Assembly: GCA_029953675.1 (NCBI GenBank)
Contig: JAMWBK010000009.1
Span: 372,001-436,000 of the forward strand
Direction: 5' to 3'
Length of the DNA stretch: 64,000 nt
Origin: Rhodosorus marinus CCMP1338
Lineage: Eukaryota > Plantae > Rhodophyta
Of the stretch, positions 37,225 to 51,653 are shown one piece after another (positions within the stretch are counted from its first letter, which is position 1; each line of letters starts with the position of its first letter). Below the pieces are notes generated by a model, which ran no database searches, had not been told where the DNA came from, and worked only from the letters and a program-made list of their open reading frames with translations. The position numbers were made by a program, and so were the translations under genes.

Positions 37225-39823
37225 CTAGCCCTTGAACCAGCAGCTTGTCTGCAGGATTGCCACATCAGGCCTCACTGGCGTAACCTGTGTATGATCTGGT
37301 CGTCACGTACTCGACGCGTACTACTTAGCAATGGGAACCAGCTCGATCATGAACGCCTTTCTTTATTGGAACAACAAGCTCACTATTGTTGCCTAGCACA
37401 TGCTTCACAACAAAACCACCAAGCAAGGTCGATTTCAGAACGAAGACAGGCAAGGAATACCTTAGCGGTTGTTTTACTTTCACTTCTAGGTGGGATTGCG
37501 CATGCTACGCTTGACTTCACACATGGTCGTGCTTGTCCTCAGCTAACGCTCTTAACTTATCGAATTGTTCTCGTGCAGGTGAGCTCAGTTTGCTCGTAGT
37601 AGTGACCTCATAGGTTGGACGAAATAGGCCAGTGGCTCATTTGACGAGCCACGAAGGTTGACGAACAGCAGCTGGCGTTTCTGCTGCGACCTCGGAAGGA
37701 TATTCTCTCCAGTTCTAGCCTGAAGATCGTTGACAAACGTAGGCTCGACCGCTGCAATTCCGACAGCAGCGAGTTTTTCCGGATTCCGCAGAACCGCTTG
37801 CTTTGGCAGTCAAATTAAAGCTGAGATCGATTTTCAGCCGCGCGGCGTGCGCACATCCCCATCGAACACCTCGTGGAGCGGGGACGGTCATACGACCTAA
37901 CGAGAGGCTTTCATTTCCGTTGTCACCAGTTTTGTGTCCCGGGCCCTTTAGAGCAACAATAGCAAACTTCACAGAGCGCGAGAAATAGTTTCGCTTGCGC
38001 GATACCATCGCTACTATCGATTCCTCTAGTCCGGTTGAAGCAGTGGACGTTCGCCTTCAGAAGCGTTCTTCTTGAGGGCCTCCAGATTCGTATCGAAGTC
38101 TCGGTCAGTCCTGGACGAGACAACTGTGACCTTCAGGTCCGTCCAGGCTTCTGCCTGAAGACTACATTGATAACAAATGAACACCGATCCGAGTCTTCTT
38201 GTTCTTATCTGTCAAAGCAGAAGATGTTAAAGTCAGGCAGAGTTCCTGTAACGTACGTGCTTGGCTGCGTGGATGTCATACCTTGTCAAACGATGCGTCC
38301 GATATGCCTGTGCAAGGCCGATGGCTCCACTTATTGCATAGCTCACATTGTAGGCATTCCCCTGTGAAAACATCGATTCCGCACGTGCAGTTGACGATTA
38401 CCCGCTTCGCGGAGGACTTCTTTGCTTTGAGTTTGCTCTGGAAAAATAAAAACGGAAAAGGGTTAGTTCCTGTAGGGCGGATTGATGAAAACTTCCAGAG
38501 AGACTTACTGGTGAGTCTTTCCTCTTCCATCGCTCTTTGGAGTTCAGCTCTTGAGCAGCTTTCGATCGCTTCCCAAACTTTGTCACTTTCGCAATGTTTT
38601 CAGCTCGTTCGTAGTAACTTAGTCTATAGGACTGAGTGTGGTTGGAATGAAGCCGTCGTTGGAGAAGCTTTTGCCTGGAGGGAGCAAGTCGGAGCTTCCA
38701 ACAGTGAGTTCCCGGCTCATCTGAAACTGCGGAAACCAGCTTTACGCCCAGCTTACTTGGATGAAAGGGGCTTTGCAAGGCCGTAGCCGAACCACCTAAT
38801 ACCCTTCTTTCGCAAGTATACTTGAAAGTTGTGATCGTTTTGGAGCTCCTCCCTGAACCGGGCTGGGTTGCACAGCATCATATGCTTTTGTCTCTCCACG
38901 CCTTTCCATAGACCCTTTTCAGGATATAGTCCACAACATGGGCATAGAATCCATTCTATGCGTTGAAATACCATAAGAGAACAGCGCGACTAACTGAGCA
39001 CAGGTTCACATATCTCGAGCTACGTCGTAACTTATCGCAAGGACTTACCGGCCTCAAATTTAGAGAAACCTTTTGAAACATATTACAGAAAAAACAATTC
39101 ATCGTCGATCAGATGCAGCTCATCTGCTTCAATCCACCGGTCGTTCAGCTTCAAGACGAAGAACCCCATCTCACAGAATGTATGAATGAAACAACAAACT
39201 TACCCAAAAGCATCTCCGTGGGTTCCTCCTTGACGTTCCTGTTATCAGCTCCAAGCTCTCTCTTGCCGCTACTGTCCATGGTCATAACAGATTCGTCTAT
39301 TTGCGCGGAAGACGAGTCTCTGCTCTTACCAAAACCCCAACTTGACCTGAAAGCGTCCTCTACAGCAACTTTATTCTCCAAACGCTGTGCAGAAGGCGTT
39401 TCTAAACGGCACGTAATTGCGATGAAATGTACATGCAATTAGTATGCAAATACACGTTATTAACGTTTCTTGACATCCTAAATTTATGAGAATATCTATT
39501 TTTGCACAACATACACGTCAATCACCGTGTGGAGCAAAACGGGGGTTGTCCTCGACGATTGGGTGGGTAGCCTGCAATGGTTGAGAGGGCAGAGTCTTGT
39601 CCAGATGATTTAAGCTGGCACCTTGGCTGGACCAGGGCTGGACTGTTGAATGTTTAACAACCCGTAGCTTTGCGTTGGGATAGTCTCTGATAAATGCAGG
39701 CGTCTTGTCTTGGGTTTTTCCTGATCGGCTACATGTACACCGCCTTGGAGGTGCTGGGGCCCGGTATTTCAATTTCTTTTTCATCCAATATCCTATGCCA
39801 TCCTCGGCACCATCCCTCGCCAT
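37225..39823 (-). CDS. PHD-finger protein with an additional C2HC-like zinc cluster (exon structure and ends uncertain)
   Basis: C4HC3 PHD: NCTCG...CLQCELCNKWSHRPCTGI...FDK|...FICYQC, completed across an intron. Upstream segment LCPCCG...RQKHMMLC. Confidence 0.6.
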
Positions 39824-40590
39824 ACGCGTTGCTAAAACATGATAGATCATTATATCCATCCGCCGTACAAATCCCGAAGACCTCGAAGACAAGCTGAACA
39901 AACCAACATCGCGTGTGTTAACCCGATGGCGGCCAATGATCTATGACGCATCCGATTGGAGGGTGACCACATCCGTACGGGGCTCCTGGTGCAAGCCTTT
40001 GTTCTAACAGGAAGAAACTGATGACAAGCGGAACAAACCTATGGAGCCAACTGAAGCGTGGGTCCATACGCGCCTCCTTGCGCAAAACTTTCTACGAATC
40101 CGAAAATCTCGATGACGAGCGGAACAACCCCCATGTGACGCAAGAAGAAAGACAAAGAGCGGGTGATTAAACTGATCCGCCTCACGATTCAATAGTTATC
40201 CATGACCCAATCATGTATGCTCTTTCAGTCTGACTCTCTGGCTCCGTAACACCGCGTTGGTCCTGGAGGCGCGCTCTCTTTCCGTCCTGTCCTAGCTTAC
40301 TTCATTCGGTTCCCATTGGTCGTCCTCGTGTGTCTAAATAGGTAGTCATAAACCGTCCGATAGCCGGATAGCCGTGTTGCAGTAGAATATTGAATTAATG
40401 TAGACAATTAGACCGCGTGTGATTGAAATTACTCTAAAACACCTATCCGATCGCTGTTCCGAAAACGGTCTGTTGAAGGGTTAGATATTCAATCAACGTG
40501 AGTCGGACAATCAATCATCTCTATGGTCCAGATATTGAATCATAATTACTTCTGAGCTCGACAGACTGTCATCATCAATCCCAACTAAAG

Positions 40591-40649
40591 GTTGTTTAGA
40601 ACGCTCAGAAGCATCCATGCCAAGATGCCTTCTGAGCGTTCTGAAAAAC
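40591..40649. repeat. Near-perfect ~25-bp stem-loop in intergenic DNA
   Basis: AGAACGCTCAGAAGCATC (40598-40615) pairs with GATGCCTTCTGAGCGTTCT (40624-40642) with a 1-nt bulge and an 8-nt loop. GTTGTTT/GAAAAAC extends the stem. Confidence 0.85.
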
Positions 40650-41759
40650 GTCATGGGACGTAAGGTTCAGTAAGACTGCATCGACGGAAAAAGCGGTGAT
40701 TTGATGCGACTTCTGTTTCAAACCCAGGGTATAAGAAAGTCAACCTAAGCATCTAGGAGCTTAAATGGAATCTTTTCGGCAACTTCGTCTGATCGAGCCT
40801 TCCCCGTTCCAAAACAAAACCTCGGGAGAAAGAGGGTTCGACACAAACCAATCCCGGTTTAGTGGAACACCTTCCTGCTATTCGTCCTATGCGATTTCGA
40901 TGGTGAAGATCATATACCGATACGCAATAAACACAATCTACATAGGCCTCGCAGTTTCCCCCAAGAACGTCACTTCCCCGTACGAATAAAGAAAAATAAT
41001 TAAAACAGAAAATGACAGTCTGTCATCGTCATAAATACTCCCCTATGCAATGTCACAGCCAGAATTCCACTAGAGTGTTCAGAAGATTGAAATCCAATCA
41101 ATAATATTTATTGATTGAATAAATTGGACGATAGGCAATGGTTATAGGACTGTTATCAGACAAATCGAATAATTTCTTTCTAATTAAGTTCTATGATGTT
41201 TTTATCGGACGCAGGCCCGTACCAAGATCCGCTTAAATATTAATTAATTCAGGTCTATTGAACTTATATTGGACCCGTCTGTATTTATCAGACTTTTCTC
41301 ATCGGACATATAGTGGCAACTTTACCCTAATCGTCCAATAAGTCATCCACCAAATATCTCCTCTGGCTTCCCCTTCCTTGAAACTCCCAAAATTCAATAA
41401 ATACAAATCCCAAAAGTGTAGCCCCCCTAGCAGGAAATATGTAAAATCCTAAAAAAAAGTTCATTTAATAAGAATTAGTTTGAAAACGTGACCAAGAAAT
41501 TACCCCTGGAGATTTTTATATTGGAACTTCAGGTTTGATGATTTAAAGATCTTGTGGAGTTCTGTTTTCAAGGGAAGACGGAGGACTTCCTGAGATGGGA
41601 AAGTTTGGGACTATTTAAATGGGACGGTTCGTTTTGGGGATGGGAAGGGCGGTGAAGTAGATGGGCAGCAGAGGTGGTATGAGAGGTCGAGAGAAAGACG
41701 ATTGTTGGAAGGTTTTTAGGAGTGAATCGGATGATTGAAGTGATAGTTTGTGGAGAAGG

Positions 41760-42777
41760 ATGAAGAGGAATCGAGGAAAGGTTAAATTTAGGGATTCGCT
41801 GGTGGCGGTGTTGATGAGCTTATTCAGCGGGGACCGGAACAACGTCACGGCGATTATTGTGCCTACAAGGATGGCCATACAGCCTTCGAACATGAATGAA
41901 GGGATGAAGAGCCTGGTTTCAACTCCCCCGAGAGTTTTCCTGCAGTCCGACCCGGAGATGTTGCACTTTCGAGTCCAGGAGGCGCTGAACGAGGCGAATT
42001 CGCATATCTTGCTGCAGAGAAAGAAGGTTGCTCAGGAAAGGGCCATGAGGGTTGAGGCTGAGAAAGAGGTTACTCGACAGCAGGTTCATATGAGGTCCTT
42101 GCATGCACAGATTCAGGATCAGACCTCGAGAATTACGAGCTTGATGGAGGATTTGGTTCACAAAAGTGATAGGACGAGGCTGGAACTGGACACGGAGTCA
42201 GACTTCGTTCTAGCCCTTGACCTGTGTAAGAAGCTTGCAGAGACTGCCTCTCAGAAAGCTCTCCAAGTTATCGAAACGATCATACCCGTGATGGAGGACA
42301 TCAAGATTGCTGAGCAGAGAGTAGACGACTCGTCATTCAGCTTTGATGAATTTTTGAACGACAGCGATATATATGAGCCCAAAAACGAGGGTCCAAAAGA
42401 AACGAGGTTGCGTTCAAGGTGAGCATCTGGTCCAATCCAGTGAATTATTTCATCGGACTCTGTGTTTCAATGCACAGGCGCAAGGCGGGATTTTCTCTGA
42501 ATGTGTATACCCCAATGTCAAACATCCGAATACGACCAGGTATCCGCCTAGACAGCAAAACGCAATGCCCTCACCCGATTTCCTTCTTTTCGGAGACGGA
42601 GAGCTCGAAGAATCTGGAAGCGACAAACTCATCCCTGTGATAGCTAATGAACAAGTTACTGGAGATACTGAATATGGACATGGGAGCGGAGAGAATGAGA
42701 GTTGGCTGTTGGGTGTGCATGAGCTGTTCAATCATCCCAACGGACAAAACCCAAATCTCCAGGTAGGACTTCTTTAG
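41760..42777 (+). CDS. Hypothetical coiled-coil protein (start and 3' end uncertain)
   Basis: A 224-aa ORF with a heptad-like stretch (KVAQERAMRVEAEKEVTRQQ...LHAQIQDQ), a GTGAGC donor near 42419 and a further open exon. Confidence 0.6.
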
Positions 42778-43222
42778 ACCTTTGGATTTGGTGCACAGGG
42801 CATGGCCTCATTTGGTTGTGAAATTGTGTTGAGCTGACGAGCAATTTGCATGCGGATGCGATTAGGAAACTGTGAACATGAAGCGGAGGAGCCTCGGTGA
42901 TCATGCGGTAGCGAACGGAATCGAACGGGATCGTTTTGAACATTTGGAAACACGGAGTTTAAGTTCGGAACTCGCGGCGCGAGGCGAAGTGGCTTGGATG
43001 GAAGCTCTGCAGAACGGGACACTGCAGTCCTGACAGGGTTTCCCTTTCAGCGCCTAACTGTATTGTGGATTCTATTCAATCTAACATATTTATTTAAAGT
43101 TTTATAGCCTCAAAAGGCTCTTCATGGACCGGACCTTCTTATATATAAGTGTGAGCTGCAGGCTTTTGTGAACACAAACACAAAGCCTTTTTCAAAATGA
43201 ATTCACATCAATGCGGTTTAGA

Positions 43223-46200
43223 TTATACCGCCCACCGTAGGTTGAACGTGGTCGAGGACTTCGAAATTGCGGCCACGATGTCCAGGGCCATGGACAAGAT
43301 GCCCAAGTTCATTGTGGACCATTCCCTTCCCAGCAGAATTGGAAGCACACTAGATAGCACCATGATCTGGAATGTGAAGCCTTGTCGGAATGCACCGTTG
43401 GTGTAGATGTGCTCGGAGATGAAGTAGACGATGTTTATCCACGGAATGATTCTGTGTGAGGAAAGAATTCTGGTACGTCAGTAGCTCTCCCGGCTTGAGG
43501 ATGGCGTTGCATTGGGGGCCTTACAAGAGCGCAAGTTCAACTACTGCGCCGCCAATTGAGACCACTGAGACTCCAATGTACAAGCCGATGACGATTTCAG
43601 AAGTCATGGGTCTTATGGTGAGCGTGCTCCATGCCAAGGATAAACCCTGTGAGAGCCAAAGGAAAATTTCGCTTTCTTTAGCACTTGGCTCGAAATGAAT
43701 GCTTGAATACGGAAGGGGGAGCTCGTACCAGCAACGGCAAAAGGAAGTGAATTTTCTCCGCTCTATGAGGGAAACTGAGGAGGAACTGTGGCGGAGTGTT
43801 CAGGAGAAGTATTGGGGCATATACAACCGGGGACACGGAGCTTGCTCCTGACGACCGGCTTAGGTTCGAGAGAGCTGCCAAAACGTAAGAAGCAAAGGGG
43901 AGAAACTGCAGATCCTTTGAACGATGAGCTGGTTCTGCTTCACAAAAGCGACGCAATAGGGCATGAGCATGAAGAATTCTTTGCCGGATGAAAAACATTG
44001 TCACCTACCGTGTAGACAGGTCCGCATGTAAAGCGCCATTGCCATAACGGCGTAGCAAGCGGCAAAACAAGCGAGGGAGTCACTCATCCAGTTTCCTTCA
44101 AACGCCGCTTGCCCGCTCCAAAGGACCGCTGGCACAAAGCTCGACAGCGATGGATACAAGAACAGTAAAGAAACCACAGCAATGCCAACTAGGGCTAGGC
44201 TAGTCCTTTGGATTCGTTCCCTCCCAGTTTGCTGTATAAGCTGCTCGTACGTTGGCATCGTGCATGAGAGGAAAGTATACCAGGCCTGTAACGAAACCAG
44301 GTCAGCCATCCCGCGCACGTTAAAGGAGGTCAGGAATTCACTCACAGCGTAGGTGTGCAACCATACAGCCAGTCCAATCACTGGAGACGTCATCTTCATA
44401 CGAACGTACACAACTTCAGCAGTACATAGACTAGCTCCCAGGACCTGGATGGGAGGCGAAGGACAATGCGAGTGGTCAGTTTACGACGAAAACAAGTTCC
44501 AATTCGTTAGTACGGAGGAGTTGTTGAACGGCCAGACTCTACCGAAGAAGCGAAGAGAAAGCCACCTCTGCCGTGAGCCTTCCGAAATCGCAGCATATGG
44601 TAAGCCGGAATTATTAGACCCGACATGGCCCCTGGGCTGCTGAGGGTTATTCTCAGAAGCAATCCTCCGAGGGCAAGAACCACCAGAAACGGATGAATCA
44701 AAAAGGTCAACACAAAAAGCGACGTAGCCACAAGCTGTTCGAAGACGTTCAAGCCGGCAATCGCTGGAGGAGCCCAAGCCGACGAGGAAACGATGCTGCG
44801 AACCGTCAACATCACAACAAGCACGCGGAGGAAGTACCAGCCCGATGGAGCCTGCGTACGCTTGAGCTCTGATACTCTGAAATCCGAGGAGAGATAAAGT
44901 GGCCAAGGAATGCACAGGCACAGTGCAATAACGTACAGTTGGAAACCCCCCCGCCAATCGCTCTGCAAACAGTTGTGGAATCGGACAGGACTAGAAGTGA
45001 GCTTCTCATTAAAAAGCGCTGCGTGGTTACTTTTCGGAAAACTTACGGTCATGAGCAGTGGTAAGCGGCTGGCATAAAAGCGCGCGGAGAGTAGATACCA
45101 CCTCAAATCCACCTCAGTGGGTGTGAGTGAGCCTCGAGCAGCAACGAGCGACAACAGTCCAACTATCGTGCTGTTGAGGACTCTATCACTTCCGATCGAA
45201 CCACTCCTGATGAGCTCGGACTCAACCAGTAGCAACGCTAGGCTTAAAACAGTCGACATCTAGGCAGATGGAGCGATGGCGATAAGTTAAACGCGCTCAG
45301 TGCTCAACCCTGGGCTAGCAAGAGAACAAGGACGGATAAACTCACCCAACCGACTACCGGTGAGATCGACCGGGGAGTTACGCCAAGGTATATTCCGGAT
45401 GAAACTGCTCCTCCGGAACAGAGAAGAAACCCCAGAAGTTGCCAAACTGGCCGTTTTTCTGCTTGCACGGAGCGCTGAGTTTAGACGAGCATCACTGCTT
45501 CCTCTCGACAGACTTTGTGAAATCCAACAGTTACCATTGACGTCAGAGAAGATTTCTATAGTTCCGAGCAGCAGCTGCGCGGAGAGAAGCAGAACCAAAG
45601 AGCGAACTCGAACATGATCCCGACGCCAAGCAAGCAAAGGGTAAGGAATCATCAGGATCGTCACGTAGACCGGTATCAAGCTGAGTTGAGCAGTTGATCG
45701 AAGAACAGCAAAGATCCAAAGTGAATACTCAATAGCGGAGTCGCTTCTGACATTCTTGAAAATGGTAATCGCACGACCTCCTCCAACTTGGTAGCCAGCT
45801 GCAGGCAGTAGCAGAACGAAGGCGGTATCCGCAAGCTGTGACGATCGAAGGGAGAAACAGCTTAAGCGCTGAATCTTTTTCTTCTTAGATATGCCTGCAG
45901 GCTTACCGTTGAAAGCTCATGAAGCCCATTCCGCGCACAGCCGACGAACGCGATGGCCGGAAGCGCGCCGGTCACAACCGAGATCATCAGCCTAGTTGCG
46001 GGTGGCAGCTCTAGGACGGTGACGAGGTTTTCAAATTTAGCGAAAGCGTTGGTCTCTTCAATTCACAGATGTACCTATACGTTTGCTTCGTACCATTAGT
46101 ATCAGACGTTATACAGGCGACCATGTATAGCGCAGCAGCTGCAACTGCCAACCAAACCCCTCGGCCAGATCCGAAGAGCTGAGTTGCAGATCTGCCAAGC

Positions 46201-46969
46201 AGCGAGAGCACGGTCGGACATACTAGCAGATCGGCGATGCTTTGCTTTCGAGCATCGGAAACCGCGAAAAGCTCAACTGTCGCGCAGTAGCCCAGCGATA
46301 TGCATTCTACGATGATCGGCCATCTCCAACCTGTTGGGCGAGTTATAAACAACAATTTAGTGGACAAGCAGAGTACGACAGGGTACTTGTCTTGGCCTCT
46401 TTACCTGACGCGGATTCGTAAGAAATGTATGGACCTTGGCGGTGGGCTTTCCAGAGGACTCCAACAGTGATGCTAGAGACACAGGTGACGAAACCAGCGA
46501 GAGCAATCCAAGGTGCAAGGAATCCGAAGCGCTGGGTTAGCTCTTTGCGAGAGCGTATCAGAACACTGAGAAGAAGTAGTCCGCCGGCAATGATTGCTAT
46601 TGCGCCATCGCATTGAAGCAACACGGCGACAACGCCAATCCAACAAAGGGAGCGGGTCTTTGGCAGTCTCCAAACCATCTCCACTGTTTCTGTCCCTTCA
46701 TTCAGCAAAGATCTAAATCGGATCCGATTGATAATCGTCCAGCTCCTCCCTTCATCCCGGATAAGCAACTAGGAAACCAGGTGCTCGCGCTCTCCGAGAC
46801 GTTTCTACTGGGCTTTCTTCACACCCAGCAAGCTACTTGGCTGCTTTTATATGGCGACATGGTCGCATCACTCCTCACTAACCATCTCATCGACCATGCA
46901 CAGAGCGGCTCCTCTAGGTCGGAAAACGGTCTTACCCGCTCGCACCTCTTCTGTTTCTGGAGATGGCAT
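43223..46969 (-). CDS. Large multi-pass membrane protein resembling plant NO EXINE FORMATION 1 (NEF1)
   Basis: Many hydrophobic exons join in frame. Colinear resemblance to Arabidopsis NEF1 as recalled: RFGFLAPWIAL, QLFGSGRGVW, RTSLALV...LYP, YAPILLLN, ELALLII and NLGILS. Confidence 0.62.
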
Positions 46970-47454
46970 CACGGACACGTTTGCTTTCAGAAGAGAAAAA
47001 AAGTCTGAGAACGAGCAGTCTATGGTGTTTGGTGGTAAACCTGAACCTACCAAAGCGAACCCAGTTCCTCGGAGGTTCCGATCCCTACACCTGGGGTTGG
47101 CCTTCACCTCTGACCCTGTTTTCAACAAGTTCCGGCTGGCAGTGTTTCGGCAGAAACAACCTCTCGATGCTTAAAAAAGTCATTGGTTTTCAGATTCGTT
47201 TCCTCTTCTAAAAGAAATGAAATGATACCTCCCTCCTTGTCCTGAAGACGCGGCAAAGCAGCAAAACCCTGTCTGGTGAGGACAGCCCTGCTTCAGGGGC
47301 TGATGAAAGCTGGGGAACAATGAAGGCGGGAGGATGGTCTGAACGGGAGCAAGACCTTCGCGCGCGCCGCTCAGTTTTTTGGAAAGGGGTTTTAAGGGGT
47401 TCTGAAGGTCCTAGTTGGTTTTAGTATTTAGCTTAAGTGTTACAAGTCAGAGAT

Positions 47455-47784
47455 ATGGCTTTTGTGGGAAGTTTTGGAGGAATTCGTGGTGTTAGGAATG
47501 TTGAAGGCTCCCGCGTATGTAGATTTAGTCAGGCCGCTCATCTAGGTCGGGTTTCTTTGAAAATGGAAAAGGACAGTTCTGAGAAGGACGAGGCGGTGAT
47601 TCCGAAGCTAGACGAGGACGAGGGGTTGACTGATGCGGAGGAAACGACGGTGCCGCTTCCACTGCTGGATACGGACGAAATGGACGAGTTCAGGCTGATG
47701 TGGAAGCTCAAGAAGGAGATGAACGAGGGTGACTTTCAGAGAATCTTCAAGAGCAACGATCCGCGAATTGGGGAAATCTTCTAG
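47455..47784 (+). CDS. Small acidic plastid-targeted hypothetical protein (109 aa)
   Basis: MAFVGSF... transit peptide typical of red algae, a D/E-rich middle and a compact C-terminus (RLMWKLKKEMNEGDFQRIFKSNDPRIGEIF). Intronless. Confidence 0.75.
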   Translation: MAFVGSFGGIRGVRNVEGSRVCRFSQAAHLGRVSLKMEKDSSEKDEAVIPKLDEDEGLTDAEETTVPLPLLDTDEMDEFRLMWKLKKEMNEGDFQRIFKSNDPRIGEIF

Positions 47785-48316
47785 CAGTAGGTTATCGGCA
47801 GGGACGCTCACTAAATAAAAAACCCCGGCGCTTGGACTAGAACAACTCGTCAAAATAAGAGGCCTCATCAGATTGTCTAACAGGACCCAGTCATCCTCGC
47901 GCCCATTTGAGCCTTACTGACGCTAGTTCTTGAGTTTGTCTCGCTCTGGCAACCACTGCCGTCTCTGACCCTGGAAGGTACAACGGGAAAACCCGAGAAC
48001 TAGGCAAAACCCACAAGCTCGGCAATGATCCACTCACTAAGTGAGTGGAAGGTTGGGACAAGATTTCTTGCATCTCAGTGCATTCTGTCTGTCTAGCAAG
48101 GGACGACAAAAGCGCGTTCCAGTACACTCTCTATACAGTTCTATACATCTACTTCTGTAGACAAACCCCACCGAAGCTAGGTCATCAAGCTATACCAGCC
48201 CCCTCCCAAAAAAGGTCCAAAACCCCCGCGCGTCATTTAACATCAAATTCACAGACATTGAGATTCCGCCTCTCCAAATTTCATGTTTATTTTATAAATA
48301 AGTTAATATAATTAGA

Positions 48317-48667
48317 CCAATCGTCATCACAAAATATATTCTGGACAAATCAATTGGTGAACACGGAAACCGAATTATAACTTTTTTGTTATTATTATCC
48401 GACTATTTTCGAGCAGAAACTCTGCCATCAAAAATACTTCATAAAATATAAATACTGCATCACCAATCGTCGCAACAGAACGTTTCTATTGGTTAAAATA
48501 AAAGAAATCTTGGTTTAAATGAAAAAATTGAATGAGCGAGACGTAATAGGCTAATAAATTATTAAATTACAATGTTGTTGAACCAATTATCACCGTCTAA
48601 ATATTCATGAGATTATTATTGGTTATATTTTCTATTAAAAAATCAAGGTCGGTTCTCACTGACCAAT
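48317..48667. promoter_or_regulatory. Cluster of seven CCAAT boxes in an AT-rich spacer upstream of the mannosidase gene
   Basis: CCAAT at 48317, 48463, 48583 and 48663. ATTGG at 48353, 48488 and 48618. Confidence 0.45.
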
Positions 48668-49388
48668 TATATAGATTATAGTTTATTATTAATGAAAGAA
48701 AAACAATGTGGTACGATTTTTTTGGGATGGCGTATTTGAAGCAGTTCTTGGTGGGCTAGCGCTCACCCTCTGGGGAGGTTTAGGGCAGAGCTTACTTTAG
48801 AATACGCCCGCAAAAGTATCCGAGTAGACTATTGAAGTTAGAGAATTTTTAGCAGCTACCCGATCTTAATCCATTCTGGTTGGTAAGCAGCTTACCATTC
48901 GCATAAACAGCCATCAACACGATTGTGACGGATCCGCGACGGTCGGGTGTGTGAAGAGCATACGTGATATCTTCCCGAGAAGACTCTTGAACATACTCTT
49001 CCCGCCTTCAGTCTGGAAGTACCCTCAACAGCAAACTGGTATCACTTGTCCGTGCTCAGAGGTTCCTAGCCATCAACCAGAGGATCCTTAGGTGATGGAA
49101 CTGGCAACGGGGTTAATGGTGACGGAACGGAACGTCCCTCAGCCGTGTTGCTTTCTGATGGTAACTGGGTGACGAACTGACTCAGAGTTTTTGGTTCAAA
49201 AGCTTTCTATTTTTCTGTCCGATGCTAACGTTTATTTATGACCAGCAAGCATTGATCGCGTTTGAGTTTCATCGCCGGGACGGGGTTTTCTTGGTATCGG
49301 GTTGTGAGGACCTTGCTGGTGGATGGATTGAAGGACCACCTATTGATTGATCTCTTTCGGTCTGTGTTCTCTTTCTTGGTGTGAGTGG

Positions 49389-51414
<2,026 letters not shown>

Positions 51415-51653
51415 GCTATGGAAGGCCCTCTACATTCGTATTCACACCATCACTACCGCAACTCAAATGTTGCTCCCAGCCTCAGCTTATGTTGCCTGTA
51501 ATGGCTTGACAGATTTTGACCCTTTTTACACATAGAAGAACCCGCTCTGCTTAAATGCAGAGAGAACCACGACTATCACAGAGAAGAATGCTGAGATTCG
51601 AACAGACACAGCTCATCCAACGAAGAACATGTCATCCAGACGTGCATGATTCC

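Noticed and set aside
40021-40126. 16-bp near-identical direct repeat ATGAC(A/G)AGCGGAACAA, 90 bp apart, within a 49-codon ORF
   Set aside because: It is too short and has only two copies, so it is not distinguishable from a trivial local duplication.
47891-48311. Possible small minus-strand spliced gene ending ...GQRRQWLPERDKLKN*
   Set aside because: Splice-like signals exist, but no convincing start or first exon could be defined.
51575-51610. ACAGAGAAGA, the U6 snRNA core motif
   Set aside because: The following AGCATGGCCCCTG and the 5' stem of U6 are absent. A chance 10-mer in a 3' UTR is more likely.
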